From Bacteroidales bacterium (GTDB lineage: Bacteria > Bacteroidota > Bacteroidia > Bacteroidales > UBA932): DNA of 64,000 nucleotides. Location of the stretch: positions 18,234 through 82,233 of the forward strand of contig JALCST010000008.1 in the NCBI GenBank assembly GCA_022653675.1. Reading direction: 5' to 3'. This document shows, one piece after another, positions 8,799 to 19,184 of this stretch. The notes beneath the pieces were generated by a model. The model made no database searches. It was not told the origin of the DNA and saw only the letters and a list, made by a program, of their open reading frames with translations. Within the stretch, counting starts at the first letter, position 1, and each line of letters opens with the position of its first letter. The translations under genes and the position numbers were made by a program.

Positions 8799-10740
8799 AA
8801 TTTATATTTAATTGTTTACTGCACTCAGTATTAACCATGTCTGCAAAATCCTTCACACTCATCGTTCCTTCGTCGCCGACACCCTGACGCCTTACCGAAA
8901 CCGTATTGCCGGATTCCTCTTTCTCTCCGACTATCAGCATGAACGGGATACGCTGCAACTCGTTCTCGCGAATCTTCTTTCCGAGCGTTTCGTTACGATC
9001 GTCTAAAACGGCGCGAATTTCGTAATTATTAAGCAATTCGCAAACTTTTTTTGCATAATCGCCATATTTTTCACTGATCGGTATGACCACTGCCTGATCA
9101 GGAGTAAGCCACAACGGGAATTTGCCTGCAGTGTGTTCAATAAGGACGGCGATGAATCTTTCGAGCGAGCCAAACGGTGCACGATGTATCATTACTGGAC
9201 GGTACTTGTTGTTGTCGGCTCCCACATATTCGAGGTCGAATCGTTCCGGAAGGTTGTAATCGACCTGTATTGTGCCGAGTTGCCATTGACGCCCTATTGC
9301 ATCCTTGACCATGAAATCGAGCTTGGGACCATAAAACGCCGCTTCACCAAGTACCACCTTGGTCTTCAAACCCTTTTCGGCGGCAGATTCGATTATCGCC
9401 TTTTCGGCCTTTTCCCAGTTTTCATCACTACCTATATATTTTGATTTGTCATTGGGATCGCGCAGGGAGATTTGCGAAGTATAATCGTCGAATCCGAACA
9501 CTTTGAACACATACAGCACTATATCGATCACCTTGCAAAATTCTTCCTTCAACTGATCTGGACGGCAAAATATATGAGCATCGTCCTGGGTGAAACAACG
9601 GACACGGGTCAAGCCGTGGAGCTCGCCGCTCTGTTCGTAACGGTAAACCGTGCCGAACTCAGCATAACGCAACGGCAGCTCCTTATATGAATGAGGCTTC
9701 AAACGGTAAATTTCACAGTGATGCGGGCAGTTCATCGGTTTCAGCATATATTCCTCTCCCTCTTCTGGAGTATGGATGGGCTGGAACGAATCCTTGCCGT
9801 ATTTGGCATAATGCCCTGAAGTCACATAAAGTTGCTTGCTTCCTATATGGGGAGTAATGACTTCAAGGTAACCGTATTTTTTCTGGATTTTGCCGAGAAA
9901 CTGTTCGAGCCGGCGGAGCAAAGCGGTACCACGCGGCAACCACAACGGAAGACCGGCACCTACGCGCGGAGAGAATGCGAAAAGATCCATCTCCTTGCCT
10001 ATCTTGCGGTGGTCACGTTTCTTCGCCTCCTCGAGAACCTTCAGATATTCGTCCAACATGGACTTCTTCGGGAAAGTGACGCCGTATATCCTCGTCAGCA
10101 TCTTGTTCTTCTCGTTTCCACGCCAATAGGCTCCGGCAATCGTAGTGAGCTTTATGGCTTTTATTGGAGAAGTATCGCGAAGGTGCGGCCCGCGACAAAG
10201 GTCGGTGAACGATCCATTCGTATAGAACGAAATGGTACCGTCGGCCAGATCCCTGATAAGCTCACACTTGTACTGGTCTCCCTTTTCCGTGAAATATTTC
10301 AGCGCATCGGCCTTCGATTCATCCTTTCTGACAAATTTTTCTTTTTCCCCGGCAAGTTCCACCATCTTGTCTTCGATTTTCTTGAGATCGGCTTCCTGAA
10401 GCTGCACGTCACCCAGATCGACGTCGTAATAGAATCCGGTTTCAATGGCAGGTCCTATCCCGAATTTGACTCCCGGATAAAGTATTTGCAGCGCTTCAGC
10501 CATGAGATGCGAAGAAGAGTGCCAAAACGCCTTCTTAGCTTCGTCATCATCCCATTTGTGAAGCTTAATGGTACAGTCCGTTTCAATCGGGCGGTCCAAA
10601 TCCCAAATCTGATCGTTCACACTTGCCACGAGAACTTCCGCAGCCAACCTCGGGCTGATGCTTTCGGCTATGCTGTAAGGGGTAATACCCTTTTCGAACT
10701 GTTTGACGCTACCGTCAGGAAAAGTAACATTTACCATCAT
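8797..10740 (-). CDS. thrS: Threonine--tRNA ligase
   Basis: TGS domain N-terminus, editing-domain HSSSHLMA, class II core ([37 protein letters not shown]) and an anticodon-binding C-terminus. Confidence 0.97.
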   Translation of the reverse strand: MMVNVTFPDGSVKQFEKGITPYSIAESISPRLAAEVLVASVNDQIWDLDRPIETDCTIKLHKWDDDEAKKAFWHSSSHLMAEALQILYPGVKFGIGPAIETGFYYDVDLGDVQLQEADLKKIEDKMVELAGEKEKFVRKDESKADALKYFTEKGDQYKCELIRDLADGTISFYTNGSFTDLCRGPHLRDTSPIKAIKLTTIAGAYWRGNEKNKMLTRIYGVTFPKKSMLDEYLKVLEEAKKRDHRKIGKEMDLFAFSPRVGAGLPLWLPRGTALLRRLEQFLGKIQKKYGYLEVITPHIGSKQLYVTSGHYAKYGKDSFQPIHTPEEGEEYMLKPMNCPHHCEIYRLKPHSYKELPLRYAEFGTVYRYEQSGELHGLTRVRCFTQDDAHIFCRPDQLKEEFCKVIDIVLYVFKVFGFDDYTSQISLRDPNDKSKYIGSDENWEKAEKAIIESAAEKGLKTKVVLGEAAFYGPKLDFMVKDAIGRQWQLGTIQVDYNLPERFDLEYVGADNNKYRPVMIHRAPFGSLERFIAVLIEHTAGKFPLWLTPDQAVVIPISEKYGDYAKKVCELLNNYEIRAVLDDRNETLGKKIRENELQRIPFMLIVGEKEESGNTVSVRRQGVGDEGTMSVKDFADMVNTECSKQLNIN

Positions 10741-10766
10741 TCAATCGTTTTTACCTATATAGATTG

Positions 10767-10774
10767 CAAAGGTA
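10767..10774 (-). promoter_or_regulatory. -7 box TACCTTTG (Bacteroidota TAnnTTTG type) upstream of thrS
   Basis: Exact match to TAnnTTTG on the minus strand, 27 nt upstream of the thrS ATG. Confidence 0.45.
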
Positions 10775-10788
10775 AAAATTTTATTTCT

Positions 10789-10796
10789 TATCTTTG
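10789..10796 (+). promoter_or_regulatory. -7 box TATCTTTG upstream of the DUF4199-like gene
   Basis: Exact TAnnTTTG match 24 nt upstream of ATG 10820. Confidence 0.45.
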
Positions 10797-10819
10797 TTGT
10801 CACCTAAAAGATTTTGATA

Positions 10820-11428
10820 ATGGAGGATGATTTCTACAATATCCCTGAACGAAGTGATGAGGAAAAAAGGCGAATAAGGGAGAACAGGCTTTCATTCTGG
10901 GGAAGAGCCGCTACCGACGGCTTATACCTTTCGCTCGTTTCGATCGTCCTTCTCGCTCTGGATTACTTCGTGAATCTTCCGAAAGGGCTTTCGATCATCT
11001 CAAGCCTTGTCAAGATAGTAGCTTCGATATGGCTGCTATCGCGTTTCATGGCCGGTTATTCAAGGGCAGAGGGGAAAGTCACCTATAAAAGATCGTTCTC
11101 TTTCGGGATCGTAACCTGCCTATTTTCGTCGATTTTGTGCGCTGCATTCAATTTCCTGGTTTTCCAATATCTCAAACCCGATTACATAAGCAATGTCATA
11201 GAACAGACCCTGAGTTCATACCAACAGGCAGGAATGCCCATTCAGCAAAACATGGATACCATAAACGACATGATTCCAATGATGCCGCAGTATCTGTTCG
11301 TCTTTTCTTTCCTATGGTACACAATAATCGGTCTCATTGCTTCTCTCAGCATCGCGGGAAGCACGAAAACCGTCGACAATTCCCCGATGTCCGACACATC
11401 CGATACCAATACGGACGATGAGTTCTAG
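10820..11428 (+). CDS. Multi-pass membrane protein, DUF4199-like
   Basis: About four hydrophobic segments and an acidic C-terminal tail. It sits immediately upstream of a GT2 gene (stop TAG abuts ATG 11429), an arrangement I associate with DUF4199 in Bacteroidota. The ORF-track start at 10814 is TTG, and the first ATG is 10820. Confidence 0.6.
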   Translation: MEDDFYNIPERSDEEKRRIRENRLSFWGRAATDGLYLSLVSIVLLALDYFVNLPKGLSIISSLVKIVASIWLLSRFMAGYSRAEGKVTYKRSFSFGIVTCLFSSILCAAFNFLVFQYLKPDYISNVIEQTLSSYQQAGMPIQQNMDTINDMIPMMPQYLFVFSFLWYTIIGLIASLSIAGSTKTVDNSPMSDTSDTNTDDEF

Positions 11429-12382
11429 ATGATGGATCTTTCGATAATAACATCTATATATAACGAGCAGGATTCCTTGCGTGAGTTGGTCGGGGAAATT
11501 CACTCTTCAATTGACCCGACAGGAATGTCTTATGAAATTCTTATGGTGGACGACGGATCCACTGACGATTCTTGGGAAACGATCAAGGATCTAAAGGGTT
11601 CCGATCCGCATATAAGGGGAATACGTTTTCGCAGGAACTACGGGAAGTCGGCGGCTCTTTACGAGGGATTCAAGGTCTGCTGCGGAAATCTCGTAGCTAC
11701 GCTGGACGCAGACCTGCAGGATGATCCGGCAGAACTCCCTGAAATGATAAGGATGGTAAAGGAAGATGGATACGACCTTGTTTCAGGCTGGAAAAAGAAA
11801 CGTTACGACAATGTCTTCCTTAAAAACATTCCCAGCAAGATATACAATGCAACAGCCCGCAGGGTAACGGGAACCCACCTCCACGACATGAACTGCGGGA
11901 TCAAAGTTTACAGGGGTGAAGTGGTCAAGCACATAGAAATTTACGGCGAGATGCACAGGTATATCCCCTACCTGGCGAAGAATGCCGGTTATACGAATAT
12001 CGGGGAGAAGGTGGTACATCACCACAAACGAAAATACGGCAAGAGCAAATTCGGGATGAACCGTTTCATGAACGGATTCCTCGACCTCCTCTCGCTCTCT
12101 TTCCTGATCAAATTCGGAAAGAAACCGATGCACATATTCGGCGTTTACGGCACATTTATGGCTTTTATTGGAGCCGTAATTGCGATCTGGCTGATAATAG
12201 CTAAACTCGTAGCCCAAGCCCACGGAAGAATATTCCGCCCGGTTACCGAACAGCCGCTCTTTTATATAGCGCTATTGGCCATAATACTAGGTCTCCAATT
12301 GTTCCTGGCGGCATTCATCGGCGAAATGATCTCGCGCTCAAGTTATAACCGCAACGATTACAACGTTCGGGAGACCATTTAG
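11429..12382 (+). CDS. Family 2 glycosyltransferase, polyprenyl-phosphate sugar transferase type (GtrB/ArnC/DPM1-like) with two C-terminal TM helices
   Basis: LSIITSIYNE...ILMVDDGSTDDS...LDADLQDDP (DxD) and a C-terminal hydrophobic pair. Confidence 0.85.
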   Translation: MMDLSIITSIYNEQDSLRELVGEIHSSIDPTGMSYEILMVDDGSTDDSWETIKDLKGSDPHIRGIRFRRNYGKSAALYEGFKVCCGNLVATLDADLQDDPAELPEMIRMVKEDGYDLVSGWKKKRYDNVFLKNIPSKIYNATARRVTGTHLHDMNCGIKVYRGEVVKHIEIYGEMHRYIPYLAKNAGYTNIGEKVVHHHKRKYGKSKFGMNRFMNGFLDLLSLSFLIKFGKKPMHIFGVYGTFMAFIGAVIAIWLIIAKLVAQAHGRIFRPVTEQPLFYIALLAIILGLQLFLAAFIGEMISRSSYNRNDYNVRETI

Positions 12383-12877
12383 CTAACGATATTTTTCATT
12401 CTTAGCTCCCGATGGGTAAAGAACCGTTTCCTGCACGTCATCAGGCTCTTCTACAACCTTGGCATTCCCTGTTTTTTTCTCATCGTCCCTGGTACCGTTC
12501 TTTTCCTTGCAGACCGTATCGAATTCTTCCTTGGAAATCATCTTGCATGTGCCGTTGAAAGTAGCTCCCTTCTCTATGCACAGCTTGGTGACATTCAATA
12601 TCCCGCTGAAGGAACAATCGCCCTTTAGCGTTATGCAGTCACCGGAATAGATGTTTCCGTCCATCTTGCCGGAAAATTCGGAACCCATGCAGTAAACGTC
12701 TCCCTTGACTTCAGCGGTAGGTCCCGAGATGAATTTACCCCTCGTCTCTATCTTGCCTTCGAATTTACCGTCTATTCTAACATCACCTTTTGAAAAAAGG
12801 TTGCCACCTCTAAGTTCGGAACCCGGTGACAAACGGGTAATCTGGTCCGATGGTTCGACATCTCTGTAATTGCTCAT
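12383..12877 (-). CDS. Bactofilin (polymer-forming cytoskeletal protein, DUF583)
   Basis: Repetitive beta-helix pattern: GDVRIDGKFEGKIETRGKFISGPTAEVKGDVYCMGSEFSGKMDGNIYSGDCITLKGDCSFSG. The start is set to ATG 12877, which avoids overlap with the lpdA 3' end. Confidence 0.8.
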   Translation of the reverse strand: MSNYRDVEPSDQITRLSPGSELRGGNLFSKGDVRIDGKFEGKIETRGKFISGPTAEVKGDVYCMGSEFSGKMDGNIYSGDCITLKGDCSFSGILNVTKLCIEKGATFNGTCKMISKEEFDTVCKEKNGTRDDEKKTGNAKVVEEPDDVQETVLYPSGAKNEKYR

Positions 12878-12902
12878 ATCTTTTTCTTTTGTTAAATTCG
12901 AA

Positions 12903-14291
12903 TCAAATTTGAACAGCTTCATTGTTGACCGCCCCGGCGGCTTCCATTATACCTTCGCTCATAGTAGGATGCGGGAAGATAGTACTTGCAAGTTCCGAAG
13001 CCTTTATTTTGAATTTGCGCGCCGCTACAATTCCACCTATCATCTCCGACGCGTTTTCACCGATGATATGCACGCCAAGAATTTCATCCGTTCCCGCATC
13101 GGCCACGATCTTGACGAAACCGTCCCTTGCGCCGGCCGCAGCAGCCTTGCCGGATGCCGTGAAGGGAAACTTGCCGGTTTTCACCGCAATCCCCCTCTCT
13201 CGGGCCTTGCGTTCGCTTAATCCGCATGACGCTATTTCGGGCGAGGTATAAGTGCAGGCCGGAATATTGTCGTAATCTACGGGATTGACATCAATCCCCG
13301 CGATTTTTCCGACGCAGCAGACAGCTTCAGCAGAAGCGACATGGGCAAGAGCAGGAGTCGGGATTATGTCGCCTATGGCATAGATGCCGTCGACGGAACT
13401 CTTATACCATTTGTCGACGACCACTTTCCCCCTGTCCATTTCAACGCCTAGACCTTCAAGCCCGATAAATTCCGTATTGGGCATGACGCCAACGGCCGAA
13501 AGGACTTTCTCGGCTTCCACCACCACGGTTCCCTTGGCCGTTTCGACAGTGACCTTGCTCATGTCGGAAGAGGTGTCGACTCCCTTTACCTGCGCCGAAG
13601 TCATGACTTTTATCCCGGCTTTCCGGAAAGAACGGTTCAACTGTGCGGATACGTCGTCATCCTCGAGTGGAACGATCCTGTCGAGGAATTCTATCACGGT
13701 GACTTCGGTTCCCAGCATACGGTAAAAGAATGCGAATTCGCTTCCTATAGCTCCGGAACCTATGACCGCCATGGACTTCGGAATCGAGTCAGGAACCAGG
13801 GCCTGCCAGTAACATATTATCTTTTCCCCGTCGATCGGAGCAAACGGAAGGGATTTCGGCCTGGAACCGGTCGCAACGATTATGTGCTTCGCAGCAACGG
13901 TAACGGTTTCCGCGTCCCCTTCTACCCTTACGTTCTTGTCGGGAAGTATGGTGGCCTGCCCCTTGATCAGGGTGATACCATGCTTCTTGAAGAGGAATTC
14001 AATGCCACGCGACATCTGTGCAGCCACATCCCTGCTCCTTGCGACCATCTTGCCAATGTCGGGCTTAACATCGCCGGCAGAGAAGCCGTAAAAATTCCCC
14101 ATCCCGGCATAATGGTATGCCTGAGCACTTTTCAGAAGGGTTTTCGTCGGGATGCATCCCCAATTCAAGCAGATGCCCCCGAGTTCGTTCCGCTCGGCTA
14201 CCGCAACTTTCATCCCGAGTTGCGCCGCCCTTATGGCCGCTACATATCCACCCGGGCCAGATCCTATTACAACTATATCGTATTGTTCCAT
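12903..14291 (-). CDS. lpdA: Dihydrolipoyl dehydrogenase (E3)
   Basis: GSGPGGYVAAIRAAQLG FAD fold, redox-active disulfide GGICLNWGCIPTK and C-terminal HPTMSE interface motif. Confidence 0.93.
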   Translation of the reverse strand: MEQYDIVVIGSGPGGYVAAIRAAQLGMKVAVAERNELGGICLNWGCIPTKTLLKSAQAYHYAGMGNFYGFSAGDVKPDIGKMVARSRDVAAQMSRGIEFLFKKHGITLIKGQATILPDKNVRVEGDAETVTVAAKHIIVATGSRPKSLPFAPIDGEKIICYWQALVPDSIPKSMAVIGSGAIGSEFAFFYRMLGTEVTVIEFLDRIVPLEDDDVSAQLNRSFRKAGIKVMTSAQVKGVDTSSDMSKVTVETAKGTVVVEAEKVLSAVGVMPNTEFIGLEGLGVEMDRGKVVVDKWYKSSVDGIYAIGDIIPTPALAHVASAEAVCCVGKIAGIDVNPVDYDNIPACTYTSPEIASCGLSERKARERGIAVKTGKFPFTASGKAAAAGARDGFVKIVADAGTDEILGVHIIGENASEMIGGIVAARKFKIKASELASTIFPHPTMSEGIMEAAGAVNNEAVQI

Positions 14292-14307
14292 AATATACTA
14301 TTAAAGT

Positions 14308-17300
14308 TTAAAGTCCTTTGCCATGGCAATTCTTGTATTTCAGCCCGCTTCCGCAAGGGCACGGGTCGTTCCTTCCGATCTTCTTGCTCACCCTTATAGG
14401 AGTATTGCTCTTTTCCTTTCCGTTCCCGACAGCCGAATTGTTATGGCTGGTCTGCATCTTGGAAAGGTCGGCATGCTTCTGTTGGGCTTCGTGCACCCTG
14501 GCCTGCTGGTCCTGACGCAAAGGAATATGAGACATAAGCAGGAACGAGATCACGCCTTTGTTGATGTTATCCATCATCTCTTCGAACAGGTTGTAGCTCT
14601 CGAGTTTGTATACCAGAAGAGGATCTTTCTGCTCGTAGGAAGCCGTCTGGACAGATTGCTTAAGATCGTCCATGTCGCGTAACTGCTGTTTCCAATATTC
14701 GTCGATCATTATGAGCGTTATGGTCTTGGCAATGGTCCTTGGGAGTTCTTTCCCTTCGCTTTCATACGCCTTCTTCAGATTGACGGAAACCGTCATCATC
14801 TTCTTACCGTCGCTGACGGGGATCGCTATATTTTGATAAATGGCGCTTTGCTTCTCATAAACGTCCTTGATTACGGGCCAGGCCTCGGAGACCATGGTAT
14901 CGTTGCGGCGTTTGTAAACCTCCTTGACATCGTCGAGAAGTTTTTCGGAGATCTGTTCCGGACTCGCATTCTTATAGAAATCTTCGTCGAATTCAGGTTC
15001 GATACTCATATTGCTCATTATCTCGAACTTGAAGTCTTCGTAAGGTGATTTCCCATATTTGTCCACCTGGCTGTCGCAAAAATCGCTTACCATATTCCTT
15101 ATGTCCACGTCTATACGATCGCCGTAAAGTGCGTTGCGGCGGCGCGCATACACCACGGTACGTTGGGAATTCATCACATCATCGTACTCAAGAAGACGTT
15201 TGCGGATACCGAAATTATTCTCCTCAACCTTCCTCTGTGCACGCTCGATGCTACTGGAAAGCATCGAATTCTGAAGTGCTTCCCCTTCTTTCATACCCAG
15301 TGAATCGACCACCTTGGCTATCCTTTCGCTTCCGAAGAGCCTCATAAGGTCATCTTCAAGTGAAACGAAGAACAGCGAACTGCCCGGATCCCCCTGGCGT
15401 CCTGCACGGCCTCTCAGCTGACGGTCCACCCGGCGGCTGTCATGGCGTTCAGTACCTATGATGGCAAGGCCACCCGCATCCCTGACACTCGGAGCCAGTT
15501 TTATGTCGGTACCACGTCCAGCCATATTGGTAGCTATGGTGACCGTCTTCGATTCGCCGGCATGTGCTACCACATCAGCTTCGTGGGCGTATTGTTTAGC
15601 ATTCAGTACCTGATGAGGGATTCCGCGCATTTTAAGCAAACGGCTGAGCTGTTCGGATACCTCAACGGAAGTTGTACCAACAAGCACCGCCCTGCCCTCT
15701 TGGGTTAATTCTACCACCTTATCTATGACGGCATTGAATTTCTCCCGCCTTGTCTTGTAAATGAGATCCTCTTCGTCCTTCCTTATCACAGGTTTGTTCG
15801 TAGGGATAACGACGACATCAAGCTTGTATATGTTCCATAACTCGCCCGCTTCGGTGGATGCGGTGCCTGTCATGCCGGCCAGTTTATGATACATGCGGAA
15901 ATAATTCTGAAGCGTTATGGTCGCGAAGGTCTGCGTGGCAGCTTCTACTTTCACATTCTCCTTTGCTTCTATGGCCTGATGCAATCCGTCGCTGTAACGA
16001 CGCCCTTCGAGAATACGGCCGGTCTGTTCGTCTACGATCTTTACCTTGTTGTCCATCACTACGTACTGATCGTTCAATTCGAACATCGTGTAAGCCTTGA
16101 ACAGCTGTATGATGGTATGTACGCGTTCCGTCTTCAGAGAATAATCGTTTAGCAGATCGTCCTTTTCCTTCTGCTTCTCATCGAGGGGAGCGTTCTTTTT
16201 CTCTATTTCAGCCAGTTTGTTGCCTATGTCAGGAATGATGAAGAAATTAGGGTCCTCTAGATTCCCGGCTATCAGGTCGTTGCCCTTATCAGTCAGCTCT
16301 ACCGAATTCTGTTGCTCGTCTATGACGAAGTAGAGGGGATCGGTGATCTTGTACATCAACTCGTTGTTGTTTTGCATGTAGTAGCTCTCGGTCTTTTGCA
16401 TGAGCTGTTTCATGCCCGGTTCGCTGAGGTACTTTATGAGCGGGTTGTATTTCGGGAGGCCCTTGTTAGCCCGAAGCAGCAGGGCGGCGCCGCTGTTTTC
16501 GTCCTCGATCTTTATGTCGTTAGCGGCTATCTTCTTCTTGGCTTCGTTAAGGATGCCGTTGACCATCATGCGCTGTGCCTGATAGACCTTTTCCACATAC
16601 GGTTTGTATTCTACGAACTGCTGGTCATCCTCTTCATGTGGAACGGGGCCGCTTATTATCAAAGGTGTGCGTGCGTCATCGATCAGAACCGAATCGACCT
16701 CGTCGACGATGGCGTAGTGCAGTTTTTGCTGTACTATGTCGTTTAAGTTGATCGCCATGTTATCCCTGAGATAATCGAAGCCGAATTCATTGTTAGTACC
16801 GAAAACCACATCGCACTTGTACGCTCTCTTCCTGTCTTCGGAATTAGGTTCGTACTTGTCGATGCAGTCTACGCTCAACCCATGGAACATATAAAGGGGT
16901 CCCATCCATTCCGAGTCACGCTTGGAAAGGTAATCATTCACTGTCACCATATGAACGCCCTTGCCTGCAAGCGCATTCAGGAACACCGGCAGAGTTGCCA
17001 CGAGGGTCTTTCCTTCGCCTGTGGCCATCTCAGCTATCTTGCCCTGATGCAAAACTATGCCTCCCATGAGTTGTACATCGTAGTGTACCATATCCCACGT
17101 TATGAGATTGCCCCCAGCCATCCACCTGTTTTTCCAGACCGCCGTTTCACCGTTTATGCTGACGAAATCGTGATTAGTAGAAAGGTCCTTGTCGAACGGG
17201 GTAGCCTTGACCCTTATCTCGGGATTTTCCTTAAAGCGTCTCGCGGTGGACTTCATTATGGCGAATGCATCGGGCAGAACCTTATTCAAGGAGGCTTCTA

Positions 17301-17592
17301 TGTCTTCATCTATCTTCTTCACCACTTCGTCGCTCTCGGTTGCCACCTTCTCCTTCGTTTCGGAATCCAATGAGACATCTTCAAGCTGTTTCTTCAAATC
17401 CTCGAGTTTCCCTTCGTCGGCAGCCTTGTCATCCCTTATTATTTTTTTCAGCCTGTTCGTCTCCTCGCGAAGCTGATCGTCCGACAGCTTGTCAATCCTG
17501 TCGTACGATTCAAGCACCTGCGCAAGTATGGGTTTCAAGGCCTTTATGTCGCGCTGCTCCTTTGAGCCGAAAATGGATTTGATTATATTCAT
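14308..17592 (-). CDS. secA: Preprotein translocase ATPase SecA
   Basis: [14 protein letters not shown] Walker [32 protein letters not shown] and a C-terminal zinc finger [14 protein letters not shown]. Confidence 0.97.
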   Translation of the reverse strand: MNIIKSIFGSKEQRDIKALKPILAQVLESYDRIDKLSDDQLREETNRLKKIIRDDKAADEGKLEDLKKQLEDVSLDSETKEKVATESDEVVKKIDEDIEASLNKVLPDAFAIMKSTARRFKENPEIRVKATPFDKDLSTNHDFVSINGETAVWKNRWMAGGNLITWDMVHYDVQLMGGIVLHQGKIAEMATGEGKTLVATLPVFLNALAGKGVHMVTVNDYLSKRDSEWMGPLYMFHGLSVDCIDKYEPNSEDRKRAYKCDVVFGTNNEFGFDYLRDNMAINLNDIVQQKLHYAIVDEVDSVLIDDARTPLIISGPVPHEEDDQQFVEYKPYVEKVYQAQRMMVNGILNEAKKKIAANDIKIEDENSGAALLLRANKGLPKYNPLIKYLSEPGMKQLMQKTESYYMQNNNELMYKITDPLYFVIDEQQNSVELTDKGNDLIAGNLEDPNFFIIPDIGNKLAEIEKKNAPLDEKQKEKDDLLNDYSLKTERVHTIIQLFKAYTMFELNDQYVVMDNKVKIVDEQTGRILEGRRYSDGLHQAIEAKENVKVEAATQTFATITLQNYFRMYHKLAGMTGTASTEAGELWNIYKLDVVVIPTNKPVIRKDEEDLIYKTRREKFNAVIDKVVELTQEGRAVLVGTTSVEVSEQLSRLLKMRGIPHQVLNAKQYAHEADVVAHAGESKTVTIATNMAGRGTDIKLAPSVRDAGGLAIIGTERHDSRRVDRQLRGRAGRQGDPGSSLFFVSLEDDLMRLFGSERIAKVVDSLGMKEGEALQNSMLSSSIERAQRKVEENNFGIRKRLLEYDDVMNSQRTVVYARRRNALYGDRIDVDIRNMVSDFCDSQVDKYGKSPYEDFKFEIMSNMSIEPEFDEDFYKNASPEQISEKLLDDVKEVYKRRNDTMVSEAWPVIKDVYEKQSAIYQNIAIPVSDGKKMMTVSVNLKKAYESEGKELPRTIAKTITLIMIDEYWKQQLRDMDDLKQSVQTASYEQKDPLLVYKLESYNLFEEMMDNINKGVISFLLMSHIPLRQDQQARVHEAQQKHADLSKMQTSHNNSAVGNGKEKSNTPIRVSKKIGRNDPCPCGSGLKYKNCHGKGL

Positions 17593-17661
17593 CTTATGAT
17601 TCCCTTTTTATGTTACAAATATAGTTCATTTCTCTATTTGAATGCCAAAATCGTGACAAAG

Positions 17662-17690
17662 AAAAAGGCTGCCCTTTTGGCAGCCTTTTT
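17662..17690 (-). terminator. Rho-independent terminator after the ferredoxin gene (symmetrical, A-run / T-run on both sides)
   Basis: aaaaaGGCTGCC-ctttt-GGCAGCCttttt. It lies 25 nt downstream of the ferredoxin stop. Confidence 0.6.
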
Positions 17691-17714
17691 CGTTTTACAA
17701 TGTTGTATTGCGTA

Positions 17715-17885
17715 CTATTCGTGTATAATGGCGCCGTTAGGGCAAACCTCCGCACAAGTTCCGCATTCAGCGCATACGTCCGGATCGATCTTATAATGGA
17801 CATCACCCGCAGAGATAGCTCCAACAGGACATTCGTCAATGCACGCGCCACAAGCAACGCAGTCGTCAGTAATTTTGTAAGCCAT
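17715..17885 (-). CDS. Small 2x[4Fe-4S] ferredoxin (56 aa)
   Basis: My translation is MAYKITDDCVACGACIDECPVGAISAGDVHYKIDPDVCAECGTCAEVCPNGAIIHE*. It has two CxxCxxCxxxCP clusters. It is below the ORF-track cutoff, and the listed ORFs at 17594-17900 are other frames of this locus. Confidence 0.8.
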   Translation of the reverse strand: MAYKITDDCVACGACIDECPVGAISAGDVHYKIDPDVCAECGTCAEVCPNGAIIHE

Positions 17886-17916
17886 TTTAAAATTAATTAG
17901 ATTGTTATTCTTTACA

Positions 17917-17924
17917 CAAAGATA
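17917..17924 (-). promoter_or_regulatory. -7 box TATCTTTG upstream of the ferredoxin gene
   Basis: Exact TAnnTTTG on the minus strand, 32 nt upstream of ATG 17885. Confidence 0.45.
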
Positions 17925-17986
17925 TAATTATTATCGGACAAAAATCTTCAAAAAGTTTTTTTGCAAAATTGATACCCGGAAATGTA

Positions 17987-18019
17987 TTTGGCCTTCAATT
18001 GCATTTGGTCATATTTTTG
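17987..18019 (+). promoter_or_regulatory. -33 TTTG / -7 TATTTTTG promoter upstream of the DUF1573 gene
   Basis: TTTG (17987-17990), a 21-nt spacer, then TATTTTTG (18012-18019). A second TAnnTTTG (TATCTTTG) lies at 18061-18068. Confidence 0.5.
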
Positions 18020-18089
18020 CATTACGCCGCTTGGAATTCGATTATTCTTCATAATTACCTTATCTTTGCATCAAATAACTGATAATAAA

Positions 18090-19175
18090 ATGAAAAGGAT
18101 ATTAAGCGCCATCCTGTCGGCGGTTGCAGTAATGACTGTCACTTTTTCAGCATCGGCCCAGGGCAAATTCGAATTTACGAAAACTACCCATAATTTCGGG
18201 GATATCCTGGAATCAGACGGCAAAGTCAGCTGTTCCTTTCCCTATATGAACAACAGTAAAGAGGCTGTCGTCATACATGACGTAATAACCTCATGCGGTT
18301 GCACAGTCCCCACATGGACGAAAAGACCAATCAAACCGGGAGAAACGGGCGAAATAAAGGTCACCTTCAAGAACGACCAGGGTCCGTATCCTTTCGATAA
18401 GACGATAACCGTATATCTTTCAGACAGGAAACATCCGGTAAACCTGAGAATAAAGGGAAACGTGCACAAGAAACCACAATCACTGAACGAAAGGTTTCCG
18501 ATCCGTCTCTCCGGAATAGGATTCCGCAACGCCGTTTACGATGCAGGAAAAATTCCCCAAGGTTCGTTCAAAAGCGAAGATATAGAGATCGCAAATATAA
18601 AGAAGGCAGCTGTAACCGTCAATATTGGGGAACATACACCCGGGATAACAGCTTCGGTCAATCCTAATCCTATCCCGGCTAAGAAAACCGCCACGTTAAG
18701 TTATACGATTGACACTAGAAAAACTGAAGGTAAGCAATGGGGGAACACTCCTTTCTCCATTACCGTTTCAACAGAAGGGAATCAAGCCGAAAAATTGAAG
18801 GTGAACGCTTTCATCAACGACGATTTCGGGGAGATGACAAGCAGGGAAATGGAAGATGCCGCCCTGCCGTTCCTTGACAGGAGCAGTTACGATTTCGGCA
18901 CCATAAACACGAAAGAGAGGATCCAATGCACGTTCAAATTGGAAAACAAGGGAAAGAAGGATCTGGTCATACACAAGATAGAATTGAACGACCCGGGAAT
19001 TTCCGTAGACATAACAGCACCTTACACTCTTAAACCAGGTGAAAAGACCAAATTCACTGCGAAAGTGGAACACCCGCGCCAAGGCAAGGACGTCCTTTAT
19101 GTCATTTCATTGATTTCCAATTCCCCTCTCCGTCCGACAGTCAACATATTCGTAACGGGAGACGTAAAGAAATAG
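18090..19175 (+). CDS. Secreted protein with repeated DUF1573 (ASH/PapD-like Ig-fold) domains
   Basis: Signal peptide MKRILSAILSAVAVMTVTFSASAQ. DUF1573 hallmark FGDI...ITSCGCTVP...PGETGEIKVTF, with two further degenerate copies (e.g. YDFGTIN...LKPGEKTKFTAKV). The ORF-track start at 17982 lies inside the promoter, so I use ATG 18090. Confidence 0.75.
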   Translation: MKRILSAILSAVAVMTVTFSASAQGKFEFTKTTHNFGDILESDGKVSCSFPYMNNSKEAVVIHDVITSCGCTVPTWTKRPIKPGETGEIKVTFKNDQGPYPFDKTITVYLSDRKHPVNLRIKGNVHKKPQSLNERFPIRLSGIGFRNAVYDAGKIPQGSFKSEDIEIANIKKAAVTVNIGEHTPGITASVNPNPIPAKKTATLSYTIDTRKTEGKQWGNTPFSITVSTEGNQAEKLKVNAFINDDFGEMTSREMEDAALPFLDRSSYDFGTINTKERIQCTFKLENKGKKDLVIHKIELNDPGISVDITAPYTLKPGEKTKFTAKVEHPRQGKDVLYVISLISNSPLRPTVNIFVTGDVKK

Positions 19176-19184
19176 GCTTTCACC

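Noticed and set aside
17594-17900. Three listed 60-90-aa ORFs between secA and the DUF1573 gene
   Set aside because: They are alternative frames or strands of the 56-aa 2x[4Fe-4S] ferredoxin gene and its terminator. None has motifs, whereas the ferredoxin frame shows two perfect CxxCxxCxxxCP clusters.
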